A DNA stretch of 62,901 bases, filler included, from Neoconidiobolus thromboides FSU 785 (lineage: Eukaryota > Fungi > Entomophthoromycota): NCBI GenBank assembly GCA_025603075.1. It is 6 parts of 6 records of this genome, joined end to end, with 100 filler letters (N's around TTAATTAATTAA, not from the genome) between each part and the next. Parts side by side here need not be neighbours in the genome. Positions count along the whole stretch, not along the records: positions 61,117 to 62,901 come from MU626913.1; 5 more parts are not named here. One strand, written 5' to 3'. Positions 62,107-62,901 of the stretch are shown here, piece by piece (position 1 is the first letter of the stretch; each line of letters begins with the position of its first letter). A model generated the notes under the pieces. The model was not told where the DNA came from, searched no databases, and saw only the letters and a list, made by a program, of their open reading frames with translations. The position numbers and the translations under genes were made by a program.

Positions 62107-62901
62107 TTTAATAAATATTCTATTATAATATCTAAAGCTAGTCATCAAGTTATAGATCTTGATATACCCTACAAGTATTATTTATTTATAAAATATTTTT
62201 AACATTTAGATTGTAATAAAAGGCATTGCGTTTAAAATACAGCTCATGTATCGTAATGAATAAGAGCAAGCTTATATTTAATAGGTTTTTATTTCGTATC
62301 TTAAAAATCCAAAAATGCTATAGTATTGTCATTAAATCGTTAATCTTATTTAACTGCTTTTACCTACTTTTAACGCTTTTATCATAGGTTTATAGGTGCT
62401 ACCAAAAATTTAAACTATCTACTAGTAAACATTTACAAAGTCTAAGGGTATTGATTATATGATAAGTTTTAAAATTTTGATAAAATTTTGATAAAGCTAT
62501 ATAAAAAGCTCTGATTATGTAGTGGCGCATCTAACAATGACTTTTTATTAAATTTCTGAATTTAGTTATTTTTTAATTAAAAGTAAACAAATGACCATGG
62601 TCATTATTTTCAATCTCATTTATTTTGTCAAAGCATTTATGTATAACAATAACTAACCATATTTGATAAGTAGTAAGCTATCGAAAATTTAGTCAGGGAT
62701 AGAAAATTCCATCGTATTGCAATATATAAACTAGACTAAACTAGCATATGATATTTATCTAGAGACATGATATGCGATCTGATTCATTTGAACGTTCTAC
62801 AAACAGCATCAAAGCATATAAAAAGAATAGTCTAAGTCATAAATAAATTATCATACTTTTAAGTATTATAAAAATCCAGATGAAATTCCCAATTTTAATT
62901 G

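Overview
AT-rich (roughly 20-25% GC by eye) eukaryotic genomic DNA with short GT-AG introns. The gene content points to an early-diverging fungus; Entomophthoromycotina/Zoopagomycota is an inference, not a tested call. The window holds six contigs joined by artificial 100-bp linkers (N44-TTAATTAATTAA-N44), so adjacency across linkers is unreliable. It has about 20 protein genes: RBA50, MSP1, TRR1, a membrane PDI, an MFS transporter, stomatin, a WrbA/Pst2 flavodoxin fusion, PPWD1, CDC73, a GPI protein, an EDEM mannosidase, MPDU1, COA2-like, COX4, OPT, a UGT 3' end, RFC1, eIF3L, HIS5 and two copies of an MCMDC2-like 3' end. There are also two tRNAs (Arg-TCG, Thr-AGT). Highlights: (1) a 9.4-kb contig bounded by 1155-bp inverted repeats (one mismatch) that carry an MCM-lid/MCMDC2-like gene and enclose RFC1 (apparently BRCT-less), eIF3L and HIS5; (2) a ~100-bp MITE family with 15 copies, GRGG...CCYC ends and 4-bp TSDs, one copy inserted into a Sola2-like transposase remnant; (3) a flavodoxin spliced in frame to a ~720-aa disordered tail; (4) a PDI linker built from five symmetric phase-0 mini-exons; (5) a COA2-like gene directly upstream of COX4. 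Protein family calls come from recognised motifs, not database searches.
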